Assembly (NCBI RefSeq): GCF_006345805.1 | Contig: NC_042999.1 | Location: 25,854,001-25,918,000, forward strand | DNA from: Octopus sinensis | Taxonomy: Eukaryota | DNA: 64,000 nucleotides | Direction: 5' to 3' | Shown here: in pieces, positions 62,070-64,000 of the stretch | How positions within the stretch are numbered: position 1 is the stretch's first letter | How the letters are laid out: each line of letters opens with the position of its first letter | The notes under the pieces: model-generated | Database searches by the model: none | Told to the model about the DNA's origin: nothing | What the model saw: only the letters and a program-made list of their open reading frames with translations | Program-made: the position numbers and the translations under genes

Positions 62070-64000
62070 TATATATATATATATATATATAGGCCGCTCA
62101 CTTCCATCAACTCACTCACGAACAGACATATTAAGTCATGAATGTGTATTAGTCATCTTTGCGAATCATTCACAGCATACAAAGAATAAAATAGGGCCGC
62201 TAGACTTCTGAGGAACTCGGCTTCTAGAGCACCCATCTTTAAAACGGGCTTTTTACGCCCATCTTTAAGAGCGCCCATGTTTAATACTTTAAGACGGCAC
62301 TGGTTACAAATATTAATATTAAGACAATGAGTGTTGAAAGGATTTAAATATAATTGATGTGTCCTAAATAAAATTGATATATGTTCTGCAGTTATAGCAG
62401 CCACTTTCATTAAATGTTGGTGTTGAGTCTGTAGCTGGCAGTTTGCGCTGGTTAATAGTATTTTTTAGTGAATTAGGTTGTCATTTGCATTTGATTATAT
62501 TGTATAAGTCATGTGCATTTTTCATTCTTACGTCTAAATTCAGTAACAGTATGTTCTGATGGATAATACTTAATATTGCTGTGTTTCTTGGAAAGGGTGT
62601 GTGTGCTGTAATTAAAGTTAGAATTTCGGATATATCTGAAGTGTTTTTTTGGCTTTTCATAATATTTCAGTGTCTATTCCTTTGGTGCTATTTATTCCAT
62701 TCTCTATTAGAGAAGACATACTTTCTTTTATGCTGTGTGTGTATGCATGTGTGTACGTATATGGTATATGAATGCTTGGGCCTCAGTTGAATACATTATT
62801 TTGTTTGTATTCAGTTATGCAGTGTATGGTGCGTGTTTGTGGTCATGTACATGTATTTATGTGAGAAACATCAAGTTCGAATATATAAAATATTGGAAAT
62901 TGATACTTCATTGATCATTGCTAGACCAATTCGTAGGTCTTCTGTGGAGCATGAATTATAAAAATTGATATCAACAAATTGTTTATTTTAATTATTTCAA
63001 TACCATAGTGTACACTAGTGATATAGCTTGGATTAAATTCGAAATAGCTTTGGTTGATATTATATTTTTCCACAATTCTCTCAATCAAACGGACTTAGAT
63101 GCAAATATTAGGAAGGCTAGTTGTGTGAGAAATATAAGAAAGTAAATAGATTTGCTTTACGATGTACAGAATAAGAGAATAATGGAATTTCCTAACGTGG
63201 TGCATGAAGGTATTGTTGAGCGCACTTCAGCAAAAGCGTATACGTTTTCAGTCATTAACCAATATCATACTCTATCCAACTGCTATACATAGCATAATTT
63301 TCACTAAAATTATTATAGTCATTTCCATTCACAAGATAAATGTGTACATCTGCTGTATTATTTTTCTATTTTAAATCCTGCAGTGCTCCAGACTGTCTAT
63401 ATGTATGTGTATGTGTGTGTGTCGGGGGATATCCATGTGCGTTCGAGCGTGTGTGTTTTTTGCGTGTAGGTATGTCTGTGTGGATTCATGCATATAATAT
63501 AGTTTAACAGAACTATACAAAAACTATTTGATTGGTTTATATTTCGAGATGTGTTCTATTACTGAAAAGAGAGAAATAGATAAAGACAGATTGAGGGAGA
63601 AGAGAGAGAGAGTGATAGAGAGACTTAGAGGGAGGGAGAAGAAGAAATGAGAAAGCATAAATGACATTTATGAAAAGAATTTGAGACCTCACGTTACAAT
63701 CCTCCATACGGTATATGTGGATATATATATATATAGACGGAGAAAAAAGAGAGAGAGAGAAGGAAAGAGAAGAGAAAGATGTTATGCAAGTCATAAATGA
63801 AAGAATTAGAAGATGTTTTGCTGTAATTGAGTATCTGCTTCAATAAATTTCGCCCAATTATTTCACTGATATTCAACAAATACGAGGCAAAATGGTTGCT
63901 AAGATATCAAAAATTTAGATAGCCTTTGCATTACACTTCACTGCTTTGATAATATCATGTTGCTTTGATGTCCAGTTTGAAGATTGTTATATATTGTCGT

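Noticed and set aside
62153-62410. 85-aa ORF with repeated MGAL
   Set aside because: Caused by a short CCCAT(C/G)TTT repeat; no splice or homology support.
473-63879. Most ORFs in the supplied track ([20 protein letters not shown], poly-I/N/E/K)
   Set aside because: They are stop-free frames of microsatellites or off-frames of transposons, with no protein-like composition.

Overview
AT-rich, microsatellite-dense eukaryotic DNA. Its SINE and repeat families point to a cephalopod, probably Octopus (inferred, no search run). No host protein-coding gene could be identified with confidence. Nearly all ORFs in the track are microsatellite or transposon artefacts, and only a few speculative short exons remain. 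The window is a transposon graveyard. It holds mariner and maT (DD37D) transposase relics, a young 5'-truncated RTE LINE, an old RTE relic, two CR1/L2-group LINE pieces, three tRNA-derived SINE families, two non-autonomous Helitron-like elements and many Penelope-like element (PLE) fragments in (TA)n/(TATC)n tracts. The most interesting signal is three distinct families of type I hammerhead ribozyme motifs. The first is a near-canonical GUC-cleaving motif at 3644-3693. The second is a short-stem-III family at 9470 and 23719, inside elements with copy-specific inverted repeats. The third is a seven-copy family with a recurrent non-canonical core (CUGU at positions 3-6, an extra A after A9, loop-less palindromic ACGU stem III) and stem II covariation. 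A 100-N gap at 39565-39664 is flanked by a probably artefactual ~900-bp duplication.
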